A stretch of 64,000 nt of DNA. Origin: Squalus acanthias (taxonomy: Eukaryota). Every line of letters begins with the position of its first letter. The first letter of the stretch is position 1. The stretch is from positions 125,180,001 through 125,244,000 of the forward strand of contig CM059432.1 in assembly GCA_030390025.1 (NCBI GenBank), read 5' to 3'. Of the stretch, positions 1 to 12,581 are shown piece after piece. A program made the position numbers and the translations under genes. Below the pieces are notes generated by a model. The model was given only the letters and a program-made list of their open reading frames with translations. It ran no database searches and was not told where the DNA came from.

Positions 1-190
1 TGGAAGTAGGTGGTCTTAGTGATGGCGTGGATATGTGGTCGGAAGCTCATCTCTGGGTCAAATGTGAGACAAAGGTTGCAAACAGTCTGGTTCGGTCTCA
101 GACAGTTGCCAGGGAGAGGGATCGAGTTGGTGACTAGGGAACGGAGTTTGTGACGGGGACAGAAGACAATGGCTTCGGTCTCCCCAATAT
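1..190 (-). mobile_element. L2-clade LINE fragment (RT C-terminal region)
   Basis: The reverse complement matches the L2 copies at 13178 and 21225 (atgagcttccgaccacatatcc...ccatcactaagaccacctacttcca). Confidence 0.75.
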
Positions 191-697
191 TTATCTCTTC
201 ATCTCTTCACATCCTCAGATTTGGTATCTTCGGTATTTTAAAACATTGGTCTTTAAATTGAGCATCCTGGACCCGAGGGGGTGTGCAAGAAGATTTCTGT
301 CCCTTCCTTTGTCCTCAGATTTTGTTGATTTGCCAAGACTTAATGCTGTAACAGATTGTACAGTAATTGGAAAAAAATGAGCAAGGGGGAACAAAAAGAC
401 TAGGGGTAATTACACAGCAACACTATAGTGAATGGTGAAATGCAATCCATGTTAATGTTATAATTTCACAAACCGGAGTTGACCTTCCTTTTTCCTCAAG
501 TAATGGTGAGGCATGTAAATCTCCATTTGACTTGTGGACAGTGTAATGAATTTTCTAATTTAAACTGCTAGCTAGTTTAAGTAAAACAAATAAATGATTT
601 GCCGCACTCTTGGCATACTTTTATCATCTACTAAAATAAAAACATATTGTAGTTTGATTCAATGTGATTAACTATCCTATGAAATGTTCCTTTTCAG

Positions 698-839
698 AAT
701 TTGCTTCAGGAAGTTGAACAGAAGCTGAAAGACACGCAGCCTCTTGTGAAAACACAGAAAAAAGGAAAAAGGATGCTTATCAAAGAGGTAGAGGGCTCTG
801 ATGATGAGAAGGAAAGAGAATGTGATAATAGGAATAAAG
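698..839 (+). CDS. SPAG1: SPAG1 internal coding exon A (end of first TPR region / linker): NLLQEVEQKLKDTQPLVKTQKKGKRMLIKEVEGSDDEKERECDNRNK
   Basis: Acceptor ttttcag at 691-697 and donor AAG|gtggga at 840. Resembles the recalled human SPAG1 segment KTLSEVERDLK...TKGKRMVIQEIENSEDE. The phase-1 end joins the next exon in frame (G|AT = Asp). Confidence 0.88.
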
Positions 840-1735
840 GTGGGAATGGCCATCAGATTCTTATAAAGACAAATCTGATTTTTGTTTACCATTTTCTTAC
901 CATATATCCATTGTACACCAACCTTAGGAAAACCAAATTTAGCAGCTCTAAAACTCCTAACATCAGATGCTTTTTATTATTGACTGGAAAGATAATCAGA
1001 TTTTCTAGACTGCTCAACGTTTGATCGTTGAGCAAAAATGCGAACTGTTGAAAAATGGACCGAGATGCTCAAACAGTTGGGATGCTTGTCTTGTTGCTTT
1101 TGTATCTTCACACTCTTCCCTTGGAGAATATTTTGAAGTAGTGGAAGGTTTTTCAGGCTGATTAACAGTCTGATAGGCCACTCCTTCCATTGCCGTAACC
1201 ATCATTGCCAGCTGCAGTTAGTCGTATACAGCTGGAGGGTTTTCTGGGCTCCCAAAACCCATCCGATGGGGGTGGCGGTGGAGCGACCCACTGGACAGCC
1301 GGGACTGTCTGGGATGGAGTTTGGCTACCACTAAGCCAAAGACTTGCTCCTAGACTGCTTTTGAACAATAGATATGCTTTTATAAAACATCCTTAACAGC
1401 TAAAATAGGAAAACATGCAGACTATAATTAAGAGTAGCCAGGAAATATGAATAAATTGTGCATATTTGGAAAAGATGGTAGCAGCATTGTTCAGCTTCAC
1501 AATCTTTTATTTTTGAAAAGTCAGTTACTTTTCTACACAACTACTTTCAATGTATTTCTTTGATCACTGTGGATTTGCACAATGTAAACTTTATAGTTTT
1601 GATTTATTCTGTATATAGTTTGTCAAGATTATAAATTATTGTTTGAGAAGATTACTGTGTGGTGCTGTTGTGCAAAGAAGGGCTGCTGTGTGACCGGGAC
1701 CTGGATTAACATGAGCAACAACTTCCATTTACATA

Positions 1736-2170
1736 AAGAAAGACAGACTTCCATTTAAATAGTGCCTTATCACATCCTCAGGACATCACAAAGCACTCCA
1801 CAGCCAGTAAAGTTCTTTTGAAGTGCAGTTACTGTTATGTAGGGAAATGTGGCAGCCTAGTTTACACACAGCAAGGTCCCACAAACAGTAGTTAATATGA
1901 ATGACTAGTTAATCTGTTTTTGGTGGTGTTGACTGAAAGAATGTTAGCCAGGACGCTAGGAGAACTCCCTGCCTTTTTTCAAATAGTGCCGTGGGATCTT
2001 TTGCATCCATGGCATGACAACTCATCTGAAATATGGCATCTTTGACAATGCAGCACTCAAATCAGTACTGCATTGAAGAGTCGGCCTAAATTACATGCTC
2101 AAATCTTGAAATGGAGCTTGAACCCATAACCCGCTGACTCAAACACGCGAATGCTACTAATAGAGCAGGC
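1736..2170 (-). mobile_element. Deu-domain tRNA SINE (SacSINE1-like), diverged copy
   Basis: The reverse complement aligns by eye with the copy at 12582-13052 (Deu core aaaagatcccacggcactattt and L2-type tail). Confidence 0.75.
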
Positions 2171-2769
2171 TAACATTATATAGTGCTCCCTATCTACAGG
2201 AAGACCTCTCAAAATGCTTGCCAGTTGCAAGGACAGTAATACAGTGGGCAATGAGCCGAGGAAAAGGGGGAGAAAAGAGAACCATGTGTGAGGAGCCAAA
2301 GGCACGGCCAAAGGGAGAGTATTGCGGAGGTTTTTGAATGGAGGTGGCCAGGCAGAGGGAACTGGGTAGAAAAATAAAACGGAATCCTCTTAAATATTAA
2401 GTCCAATTCCAGGCTGTTGGGCAAGGCTTTGCCTAGAGCTGTGACTCTTAGCTGAATGCAGCTGGTGCATTCTGAGCATTTCAGTGTATCCAGTTTGCCA
2501 TAGTAAATCATTATTATTTAGTAGTTCAACTGTTGAATATTTTTCTTTAGCTTCTAGCAGTTTATTTCTCCGTTGCTTTCAAAATGATATGAAGTAAAGG
2601 TGGAGGACAAATTTCAAACTTTCTTATTCAGGTAAATTAAGAAAGGCTCTGAGTGAGAGAGAGGAAGAGGAACATTTTGAGAGGCTATATTGATTACATA
2701 CCTATTGTAGCTTTTATTTTGTGTTCTATAAATTTCAGAATGCATAGTGAGTATAGGAATAGTAAGATA

Positions 2770-3380
2770 AGACAGGTTAACATGTAGCTGGAGAAATGGT
2801 GCAGTAGGGAGGACTTCTGATTCCTAGGACGTTGGGACCAGTTCTGGGGCAGGAGGGACCTGTTCAAGGTGGACGGGTTGCACCTCAACAGAGCTGGGAC
2901 CAACGTCCTTGTGGGGAGCTTAACTAGTGATATGGGGGAGGGTTTAAATTAATTTGGCAGGGAGTGGGCACCAGGATGGAGAGGAGGAACAAGGTGCACA
3001 GAGGACTGGGGGAGACAAATAGCACAAGAGTAAAGAACAGTTCAGAAATAGGAGGGATCAGAAAGGGGGAAAATGTGAGGCAGTCAAAGATGGGTTTGGA
3101 GTGCAAGTGCATAAATGCACGTAGCATGGTAAGTAAGGTTGGTGAGCTGCATGCACAAGTCACCACATGGGACTATGATATCTTGGCAATAACACAGACT
3201 TGGCTCAAAGAAAGGGAGGATTGGAAACTTTATATTCCTGGCTACAAGGTACTCCGAATAGATCGGGAAGGAAAAAAAGGAGTGGGGTGGCAGTATTGAT
3301 CAAAGAAACTATTATAGCACTGGAGAGAGATGATGTAGTTGAGGGGTCAATATTGGAATCTACTTGGTTAGAATGAAGGA
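2770..3380 (+). mobile_element. CR1 LINE fragment (ORF1 esterase end, ORF2 endonuclease start)
   Basis: gacgggttgcacctcaacagagctgggacc (DGLHLNRAGT) and INARSMVSKVGEL...ILAITQTWL. Homologous to 41500-42060. Confidence 0.85.
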
Positions 3381-3589
3381 ACATGATTGTGTCTATTTTG
3401 CAACACCAGATTTCTGATTGGTCCCCTTGGAGGATCCAACAGTTTGTCTGGAATATGTAATTTGATCCTGCCTGCTGGAGAGTAATCAAGATCTCTGCAA
3501 TATATAATTTGATCCAGTCATTGTCAAAGGCAGGTGCCAGAGCTCTCAGTGCTAACACTACTGCCTTCAGAGAACAGACAGGGCTCACC

Positions 3590-4010
3590 CTCCCAGGTTA
3601 GGAGCACTCACACTACCGAGTTCAGATAGGAAAGGGTGAGGCCATGGAAGGATTTTAACATGAGATGAGAATTTTAAAATCAAGGTGTTGGTGGACAATG
3701 TTCCCCCTAATTTTTTTTGGGGTGCGCAGTCCCTTTAACGGGCTGCGCAGCTCATTCAAAATTTCGCACACGTGCAAAATCTCCCATTCAAAAGTCAGTA
3801 AGCGGCCTGTGCGGGATCTCCAGACAGCTTAGCTTCACGGGAACGTTGTTGGTGGACCATGAGCCAATGTCCGCCAACGAGCATACGGGTGATGGGTGAA
3901 TGGACTTGCTGCGTGTTAGGATACGTGCAGCAGAGTTTTGGATGAGCTCGAGTTCATTAAGGGTGGAAGTTTGGAGGCTGGCCAGGAGAACATTGGAATA
4001 GTCAAGTCCG
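3590..4010 (-). mobile_element. L2 LINE fragment interrupted by a hAT MITE
   Basis: Minus-strand translation LDYSNVLLASL...LELIQNSAARILTR, typical of the L2 RT C-terminus. Confidence 0.8.
3696..3848. mobile_element. hAT-type MITE (153 bp) with 8-bp target-site duplication
   Basis: TIRs CAATGTTCCC / GGGAACGTTG. Identical flanks TTGGTGGA at 3688-3695 and 3849-3856. Confidence 0.88.
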
Positions 4011-5629
4011 GCAAATAACACATAAATGTAACGTTATGCATGTTGTAGGGCCAACACGGAATACGCACTCATTTAAAATTCAATTATTTATTGTCCATCC
4101 CTAGTTGCCCTTGAGAGGGTGGTAGTGAGCAGCTGCCTTGAACCAGGGAGGAGGTGGGGTGGGGTGGGGGGGGAGGAGAGGGAGAACGTGTTGCAGGTGT
4201 AAAGGGGGTGGGGTGGAAGAACATGATCCAGGCCTAACAGAGGGCAGGAGAACATAATCCATCTTCCATCTGGATCACGTTCTAGCTCTCATCGCCCCCT
4301 CCTTTTCCCCACTGTTCTCGCTGTGCTCCCTCTCCAACAAGTTCCTGACTCTTTCTCCCCACCGCCGAGTTCCTGGCCTTCTCTCCCCGAGTTCCTGGCC
4401 TTCTCACCCCCCCGCACCCCCCCGGAGTTCCTGGCCTTCTCCCTCCCCCCCCGAGTTAGCGAGGGGGAGTCAATAGAGGATTAAAGAAGAGTTGAGTGAC
4501 AATGGAGCAAGGGGAAGGGTCAGGATTTCAGCTGTTAGTTCAAAGGGAAAGCAGTACAAGTAATGATGGGAGCGGGGGAGTTGTAGGAAGGGGAAAGGAT
4601 AATGAGTTAACAAAGGGATTAAAGGACTTGATGAGAGTGATGGAGTGAGGGCAAGAATGAGTGGTTGAGGAAAGAAGTTTGAGGGCTGCCGGCCACATTT
4701 TCCCTATAACACTTACAGGCTCCTTGGTAGTCCCGTTATCCGTTAGGCCATGCCATACACCACCTGCCACCCGAAAGAAGAGAAGAAAAAGACAGAAAGA
4801 AGCAAAAATGGTTAGGGAGAGAGAAGCAGAAGAGTGGAGAAAGAAAGGCAGAAGAGAACAAAAAAAGAGAAACCGCAATGCAAAGAACAGAGGCAGGTAA
4901 GACGAAGACTATATTTTCTGATTATCCATATGCAGCACCACGAAAGAGGCACGTGTGTGTGTGTGTATAATATGCATACGTACCATATATGTGTAAGTGC
5001 ATGCATCACATGTCCAGTTGATTGAAATCAATGGATAATGCAATGATACCAGCTGCTATTTAATTTCTCCCCACAGGGTGGCACTGTTGCCACTAAAAAC
5101 AATATTGCAAGAACGACAGTTATTACTTGCTTCTGAGGTGGTGTTATAATCTGGGTGGGCAGTTATTTGGGCCGGAGGGCCACTTAACAAATTTTGGCGA
5201 GCTGTCAAGGGCCGCACATCAATGGCGCGGTCGAGCAGCAATCACGAGGTCCCGCGCAGGCTGCTCACCAGCTCCTGCTGCTGGAAGAGATTTTTGCTTT
5301 CCCAAATTATTTGCCGAGAGCCCGCGACTCCTATTTTGAAGTCTAGCAGCAATACCAACCAGTTACTGAATGGCAAAACTGGATTTGTCAGGAGTACGTG
5401 ATACCATTTAAAACTTTACTTGTTCACTTTTTTTTAAGTTCCTGTTATCATTGCAAAATATGTAATATTTTGGTGACTCAGAGCATGTAGTTTTTTAAAA
5501 ACATTTCTCCTTTTTTGCAATTTTGCTCTGTGTTTGCATGAGCTAACTTTATCGAGTGCTCCTCACTCTGCTCTAAAGAAAAAACACCAGAAACCTTAGC
5601 ATGAAGAAGTTGGGCTTCTCCGTGTGTTT

Positions 5630-7122
5630 TTTTTTAAATTCGTTCCTGGGATGTGGGCGTCGCTGGCAAGGCCAGCATTTATTGCCCATCCCTAGTTGCT
5701 CTCGAGAAGGTGGTGGTGAGCTGCCTTCTTGAACCACTGCAGTCCATGTGGTGAAGGTACTCCCACAGTGCTGTTAGGGAGGGAGTTCCAGGATTTTGAC
5801 GCAGTGACGATGAAGGAATGGTGATATATTTCCAAGTCAGGATGGTGGGGAACTTGGAGGTGATGGTGTTCCCATGCGCCTGCTGCCTTTGTCCTTCTAG
5901 ATGGTAGAGGTTGCGGGTTTGTGAGGTGCTGTTGAAGAAACCTTGGAGAGTTGCTGCAGTGCATCTTGTAGATGGTACACACTGCAGCCACATGCGCTGG
6001 TGGTGGAGGGAGTGAATGTTTAAGATGGTGGATGGGGTGCCAATCCAGCGGGCTGCTTTGTTCTGGATGGTGTCGAGCTTCTTGAGTGTTGTTGGAGCTG
6101 CACTCATCCAGGCAAGTGGAGAGTATTCCATCATAATCCTGACTTGTGCCTTGTAGATGGTGGAAAGGCTCTAGGGAGTCAGGAGGTGAGACACTCGCTG
6201 CAGAATACCCAGCCTCTGACCTGCTCTTGTGGCCACAGTATTTATGTGGCTGGTCCAGTTAAGTTTCTGGTCAATGGTGACCCTCAGGATGTTGATGGTG
6301 GGGGATTCGGCGATGCCGTTGAATGTCAAGGGGCGGTGGTTAGACTCTTGCTTGTTGGAGGTAGTCATTGCCCGGCACTTGTGTGGCAGGACTGTTACTT
6401 GCCACTTACCAGCCCAAGCCTGAATGTCGTCCAGGTCTTGCTGCATGCGGGCACGGACTGCTTCATTATCTGAGGAATTACAAATGGAACTGAACACTGC
6501 AATCATCAGCGAACATCCCCACTTCTGGCCATATGATGGAGCAGCTGAAGATGGTTGGGCCTAGGACACTGCCCCGAGGAAGTCCTGCAGTGATGTCCTG
6601 GGGCTGAGATGATTGACCTCCAGCAACCACAACCATCTTCCTTTGTACTAGGTATGACTCCAGCCAGTGGAGAGTTTTCCCCCGATTCCCATTGACTTCA
6701 ATTTTACTAGGGCTCCTTGATGCCACACTTGATCAAATGCTGCCTTGATGTCAAGGGCAGTCACTCTCACCTCATATGGAATTCAGCTCTTTTGTCCATG
6801 TTTGGACGAAGGCTGTAATGAGGTCTGGAGCCGAGTGGTCCTGGCAGAACCCAAACTGAGCATCGGTGAGCAGGTTATTGGTGAGTAAGTGCCACTTGAT
6901 GGCACTGTTGTCGTTGACACCTTCCATCACTTTGCTGATGATTGAGAGCAGACTGATGGGGCGGTAATTGGCCGGATTAGATTTGTCCTGCTTTTCTTTG
7001 TAGACAGGACATACTTGGGCAATTTTCCACATTGTTGGGTAGATGTCAGTGTTGTAGCTGTACTGGAACAGCTTGGCTAGAGGTGCGGCTAGTTCTGGAA
7101 CGCAAGTCTTTAGCACGACAAC
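5630..7122 (-). mobile_element. 5'-truncated LINE of the CR1/L2/Jockey group (possibly Crack-like), decayed RT
   Basis: Minus-strand fragments PELAAPLAKLFQYSYNT...NYRPISLLSIISKVMEG, GSVLGPTIF, MFADD. The 3' tail ...gcgacgcccacatcccaggaacgaat is followed by an A-rich tract. Confidence 0.9.
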
Positions 7123-7889
7123 TAGAGCGAAAGTGAAAGAGAGTGAGATTGTTTTTGGGAAGGGGGGAACATAAATGGTTCAAACTGGGACAGGTTTAAC
7201 TGTGGAGCAGTGTTATCTTAAGCCAGGGGATGGGTTTATTTATCGTATAAACAGGCTCTTAATTTGACCTCATTAAATGTCAATCTGCGCTCTTTTTGAC
7301 CATATCTGCAAAGTTGGATGAGGAATTATTGCTCTTTCTGAAGCATGGTGGATTATTTGCAAATAATTTGTTTTCTAACTTGAGCAAATAGTATAGACCA
7401 CAAAGATCAATAGTGGAAGGGGAGAAAATACCTTTTTTTAAAATGGGGAAAAAAAATAGAGGGGATGGGTTTCACCTTCTGAAACTTTTTATACACGTCA
7501 AATAAATTTCAACCACAACTGACAAGAAAAATCTTTTTTTTTCTATTTGTGAGCTGATGCCTGAGCTCTTGCTCGGCCTGGCAGTGCACTTGATTTGTTA
7601 CAAAGGGATGGTCGGAATTGGTTGCAGTTAAATAAGCAATGGGGATAAAAGTGGATTTCATTTCTCGCGTGACTGACTTTCAGAGTTGCACACAGCCATC
7701 AAGAGGCAAAAACAAAGACCCGGCAAGAAATCGGTTTCGGGTCTGCGCTGCCGTCGGTAAAAGACCCTCACCCGGGGGGGCCATGGCCCAATCCGCAACT
7801 CCCCTGTCCACCTCAGCCACCAGTCTCCATAACGTACCTCCCGTCTCGAAAGCCCACTGCTTGACTCCCCTGCTGCCTCAGTGACAATG

Positions 7890-8033
7890 ATCCACCTCCT
7901 GACGTTAGTGGGGCGGGGTCAGGCTTGGGGTCAAGTGCGGCGGACATTCAGCCTCGAAGCCAGGCCTTGCGGGCCGGATAGAATGCACTGGCGGGCTGGA
8001 TGCGTCCTGCGGGCCGTATTTTTCCCGCCACTG
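7890..8033 (-). mobile_element. hAT/Charlie-like transposon end fragment
   Basis: The reverse complement begins CAGTGGCGGGAAAAATACGGCCCGCAGGACGCATCCAGCCCGCC, resembling Charlie-type termini. The other end was not found. Confidence 0.5.
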
Positions 8034-8286
8034 TTATAACCTATCTTAGCCTATTGGAAAAAAAACATAGCTGAGAGACATAACATTCCCTCCAAATAAC
8101 TAGTAGGCAAGGCTACTGAAGATTCAGTAATGAAATAGTAAAGAATGTATATATAACGTGCACTTCCAGGACAAGTTAACTTTTCTGTATTAGATTTTTT
8201 TTCAGTGACGCCTATATTTCCCTCTCCACTATATCATGCCGAGGTAAATTTACCTGTATGTGCACTCTGTATATAATAACCTTTGG

Positions 8287-9470
8287 GTGTCAGCTTGGCT
8301 CAGTGGTACCATTCAACTCTGACAGAGTTCAAACCCAACTGCGATGACATTTCAATGCAGTACTGAGGGAGTGCTGCATTGTCAGAGGTACTGTCCTTAG
8401 GATGAGAGTAAACAGAGGCTCTTCTGCCAGTTCTCCTCATCTCCTAGCCAACACCCCTAAAACAGCACTACCAAATTCAGATTATCTGTTCATTTATCTT
8501 ATTTGCGAATTGCTGTGTACTTAATGGCTGCTGTGTTTGCCTACAGAACAACAGCGACTAGAATTTAAAAAAATAATTTAATCGACTATGAAGAACTTTC
8601 TGGGCTGGATTTTGATACTGGGGTCGGGTTGGTGTCGTGAATCACACATTTTGGCTTGTAAACCCGCCTCCATCGAGATGTGGCCAACCCACTGTATTTT
8701 CCCTTGATTGACCTTGTTGAGCCCGGCCAGTGGGCTCAGCAGGCCAATTAAGGGCCACCCGGCAACAGGTGACGTCACAGATTGACATTTCATCTGTCAA
8801 GAGCTTTTGACAGATGAAATATCAGCGTTTGACAGCTCTGTGAAGCTGTCAAACACTCACAATATGATTTCTAACTTCAGTCCTTCCTCTCAGGCTGAGT
8901 TAGAAATCATTCCACCACAGAAAACAGAAGGCTGCAGTTTTTGACAGGACCACGGCTTTTCTGCTTTCTGTGCCGGTGAGATTTCTGACTCCCGAGAACT
9001 GAAGGGCTGACACCTGCAGGAGGAAGTTAAGGTAAGTAAAACTTTTTCCCACACTTAGCACTTATCTTACACACTTACCTCTGCACACATGCACCCATCA
9101 CTCACCTGCCCACCGGACATATCGACCCCTCCAACCCCTGCAGACCCACGGTCCGCCCCGATAACTTGGCGTGGTTGCCACCTGTCGGGAAGCCTACATT
9201 TCACCTTTTAAAATAGGGATTAGGCAAAAAACTGCCTGTTAACTACCTGTTAACAGGCAGTTAATTGTCACTAATCCCTTCCCGCCTCGGGAAGTCGGGT
9301 CTCAGCACAGGTCGGGTACCCGCCGCCAGCGAAACTGGCATGGAGGCGGGATGGGGTCGGGACCCCCGAATCTGCAACTTTAACCCCCCACACGCCTCCA
9401 AACCCGACTCCACGGGTCAATGAAAATCCAGCCATCTGTGTCCTGAGGAAGTGAAAGGGCCATACTTGCC
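8287..9470 (+). mobile_element. Deu-domain SINE whose 3' tail is split by a MITE at 8602-9434
   Basis: Head gtgtcagcttggctcagtggta and core gcagtactgagggagtgctgcattgtcagagg. The tail resumes as gtgtcctgaggaagtgaaagg after the MITE. Confidence 0.7.
8602..9434. mobile_element. PIF/Harbinger-type MITE with internal hairpin array
   Basis: TIRs GGGCTGGATTTT / AAAATCCAGCC(a), 3-bp TSD TCT. The right end (~80 bp) is nearly identical to that of 15419-16101. Confidence 0.8.
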
Positions 9471-9965
9471 TGTCAGTCCTCCTGACTCTAGATGGTTCAT
9501 CCAAAAATTCCATTTCTGACACTAGTCTTTTTAATTTATTTTTGCTTCTTCAGGCTGTCAGCTTTATTTTTTTAACTTTTGAGGAGGGGGAGCAAAAAAG
9601 GGGGAACTATTAAAATTACCTCGATCTTTCTTTTTCTCTTTCAACAACCCACTGAATCATTGTAATCTCCCCCTGCATCAAATGCTGCTCTCCTCCTCTC
9701 ACCCCAGCCTTCTAACTCATCTCTACACTTTCCCATCCAATCTCCTTCCTCACTCCCCTCCCCTGCCGTCCTCTCTCCCCTCCCCCGCTGTTCTCATTCC
9801 TCACTCCCCACCCCCTCAATGTTCCCTCTTATTTTTTATTTGGTGCGCGACCCATTCACAGTTTTGCACATAACTTTTAATTGAAAAAGCCAGTCGGCTG
9901 TGCGGGACCGGCAGAGAGGTGCGCGGCCGCACACCTTGTATGGAACGTCGGTGCCCCTCCTTCCT

Positions 9966-12317
9966 CACTCCTCACTCCCCTCCCCCTCCTTCCTCGCACC
10001 CCTCCCCCTCCTTCCTCGCACCCCTCCCCCTCCTTCCTCGCTCCCCTCCCCCTCCTTCCTCGCTCCCCTCCCCCTCCTTCCTCGCACCCCTCCCCCTCCT
10101 TCCTCGCTCCCCTCCCCCTCCTTCCTCGCTCCCCTCCCCCTCCTTCCTCGCACCCCTCCCCCTCCTTCCTCGCTCCCCTCCCCCTCCTTCCTCGCACCCC
10201 TCCCCCTCCTTCCTCGCTCCCCTCCCCCTCCTTCCTCGCACCCCTCCCCCTCCTTCCTCGCACCCCTCCCCCTCCTTCCTCGCACCCCTCCCCCTCCTTC
10301 CTCGCTCCCCTCCCCCTCCTTCCTCGCACCCCTCCCCCTCCTTCCTCGCACCCCTCCCCCTCCTTCCTCGCTCCCCTCCCCTCCTTCCTCGCTCCCCTCC
10401 CCCTCCTTCCTCGCACCCCTCCCCCTCCTTCCTCGCTCCCCTCCCCCTCCTTCCTCGCTCCCCTCCCCCTCCTTCCTCGCACCCCTCCCCCTCCTTCCTC
10501 GCACCCCTCCCCCTCACTCTTCGCACCCCTCCCCCTCACTCTTCGCACCACTCCCCCTCCTTCCTCGCTCCCCTCTCCCCCACTCTTCGCACCACTCCCC
10601 CTCACTCTTCGCACCCCTCCCCCCCACTCTTCGCACCCCTCCCCCTCACTCTTCGCACTCCTCCCCCCACTCTTCGCACCCTTCCCCCTCACTCTTCGCA
10701 CCCCTCCCCCCCACTCTTCGCACCGCTCCCCCTCACTCTTCGCACCCCTCCCCCCCACTCTTCGCACCCCTCCCCCTCACTCTTCGCACCCCTCCCCCCC
10801 ACTCTTCGCACCCCTCCCCCTCACTCTTCGCACCCCTCCCCCCCACTCTTCGCACCCCTCCCCCTCACTCTTCGCACCCCTCCCCCTCACTCTTCGCACC
10901 CCTCCCCCTCACTCTTCGCACCCCTCCCCCTCACTCTTCGCACCCCTCCCCCTCACTCTTCGCACCCCTCCCCCTCACTCTTCACACCCCTCCCCCTCAC
11001 TCTTCACACCCCTCCCCCTCACTCTTCGCACCCCTCCCCCTCACTCTTCGCACCCCTCCCCCTCACTCTTCGCACCCCTCCCCCTCACTCTTCGCACCCC
11101 TCCCCCTCACTCTTCGCACCCCTCCCCCTCACTCTTCGCACCCCTCCCCCTCACTCTTCGCACCCCTCCCCCTCACTCTTCACACCCCTCCCCCTCACTC
11201 TTCACACCCCTCCCCCTCACTCTTCGCACCCCTCCCCCTCACTCTTCACACCCCTCCCCCTCACTCTTCACACCCCTCCCCCTCACTCTTCGCACCCCTC
11301 CCCCTCACTCTTCGCACCCCTCCCCCTCACTCTTCGCACCCCTCCCCCTCACTCTTCGCACCCCTCCCCCTCACTCTTCGCACCCCTCCCCCTCACTCTT
11401 CGCACCCCTCCCCCTCACTCTTCGCACCCCTCCCCCTCACTCTTCGCACCCCTCCCCCTCACTCTTCGCCCCCTCCCCCTCACTCTTCGCACCCCTCCCC
11501 CTCACTCCTCGCACCCCTCCCCCTCACTCCTCGCACCCCTCCCCCTCACTCCTCGCACCCCTCCCCCTCACTCCTCGCACCCCTCCCCCTCACTCCTCGC
11601 ACCCCTCCCCCTCACTCCTCGCACCCCTCCCCCTCACTCCTCGCACCCCTCCCCCTCACTCCTCGCACCCCTCCCCCTCACTCCTCGCACCCCTCCCCCT
11701 CACTCCTCGCACCCCTCCCCCTCACTCCTCGCACCCCTCCCCCTCACTCCTCGCACCCCTCCCCTCACTCCTCGCACCCCTCCCCCTCACTCCTCGCACC
11801 CCTCCCCCTCACTCCTCGCACCCCTCCCCCTCACTCCTCGCACCCCTCCCCCTCACTCCTCGCACCCCTCCCCCTCACTCCTCGCACCCCTCCCCCTCAC
11901 TCCTCGCACCCCTCCCCCTCACTCCTCGCACCCCTCCCCCTCACTCCTCGCACCCCTCCCCCTCACTCCTCGCACCCCTCCCCCTCCTTCCTCGCACCCC
12001 TCCCCCTCCTTCCTCGCACCCCTCCTTCCTCGCACCCCTCCTTCCTCGCACCCCTCCTTCCTCGCACCCCTCCTTCCTCGCACCCCTCCTTCCTCGCACC
12101 CCTCCTTCCTCGCACCCCTCCTTCCTCGCACCCCTCCTTCCTCGCACCCCTCCTTCCTCGCACCCCTCCTTCCTCGCACCCCTCCTTCCTCGCACCCCTC
12201 CCCCTCCTTCCTCGCACCCCTCCCCCTCCTTCCTCGCACCCCTCCCCCTCCTTCCTCGCACCCCTCCCCCTCCTTCCTCGCACCCCTCCCCCTCCTTCCT
12301 CGCACCCCTCCCCCTCC
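9966..12317 (+). repeat. C-rich minisatellite, 22-bp unit (CCTCCCCCTCCTTCCTCGCACC and variants) with a 16-bp sub-array
   Basis: About 100 or more directly visible tandem units. It accounts for the 820-850 aa Pro/Ser ORFs in all three + frames. Confidence 0.97.
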
Positions 12318-12581
12318 AGGTTACTCACAGCTTTACTTTCACAACAAAACATCACAACGAATCTCTCGATCCCAGACTACCCATTAACATGCCACAGGCG
12401 ATCAGCTTGTTTTACTTTAAAACATTTCAATTATAGGCCCACGTTCTGTTTCTCCAAGTTGTAATTTTCAAGGTAAAAATTAGCTTTCAGAGAATGTGGC
12501 AACACAGTATCACAGGTTGTGGCCACTAAGCAAGCACTGTTACAGCTTTGCTTTTAAACAAGGAGGCAAACTGTAGTAAAA

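Noticed and set aside
4780..4902. Purine-rich Lys/Arg/Glu ORF ending at a good donor (CAG|gtaaga), a possible extra SPAG1 exon
   Set aside because: Low complexity, no convincing acceptor, no SPAG1 similarity, and exons A and B already join in frame.
9966..12317. CRISPR-like repeat array
   Set aside because: The units are contiguous with no unique spacers, there are no cas genes and the DNA is vertebrate intron.
9877..12464. Long Pro/Ser-rich (820-854 aa) and Gly/Arg/Glu-rich ORFs
   Set aside because: They arise from a stop-free 22-bp tandem repeat that is open in all + frames. There is no splice or homology support.
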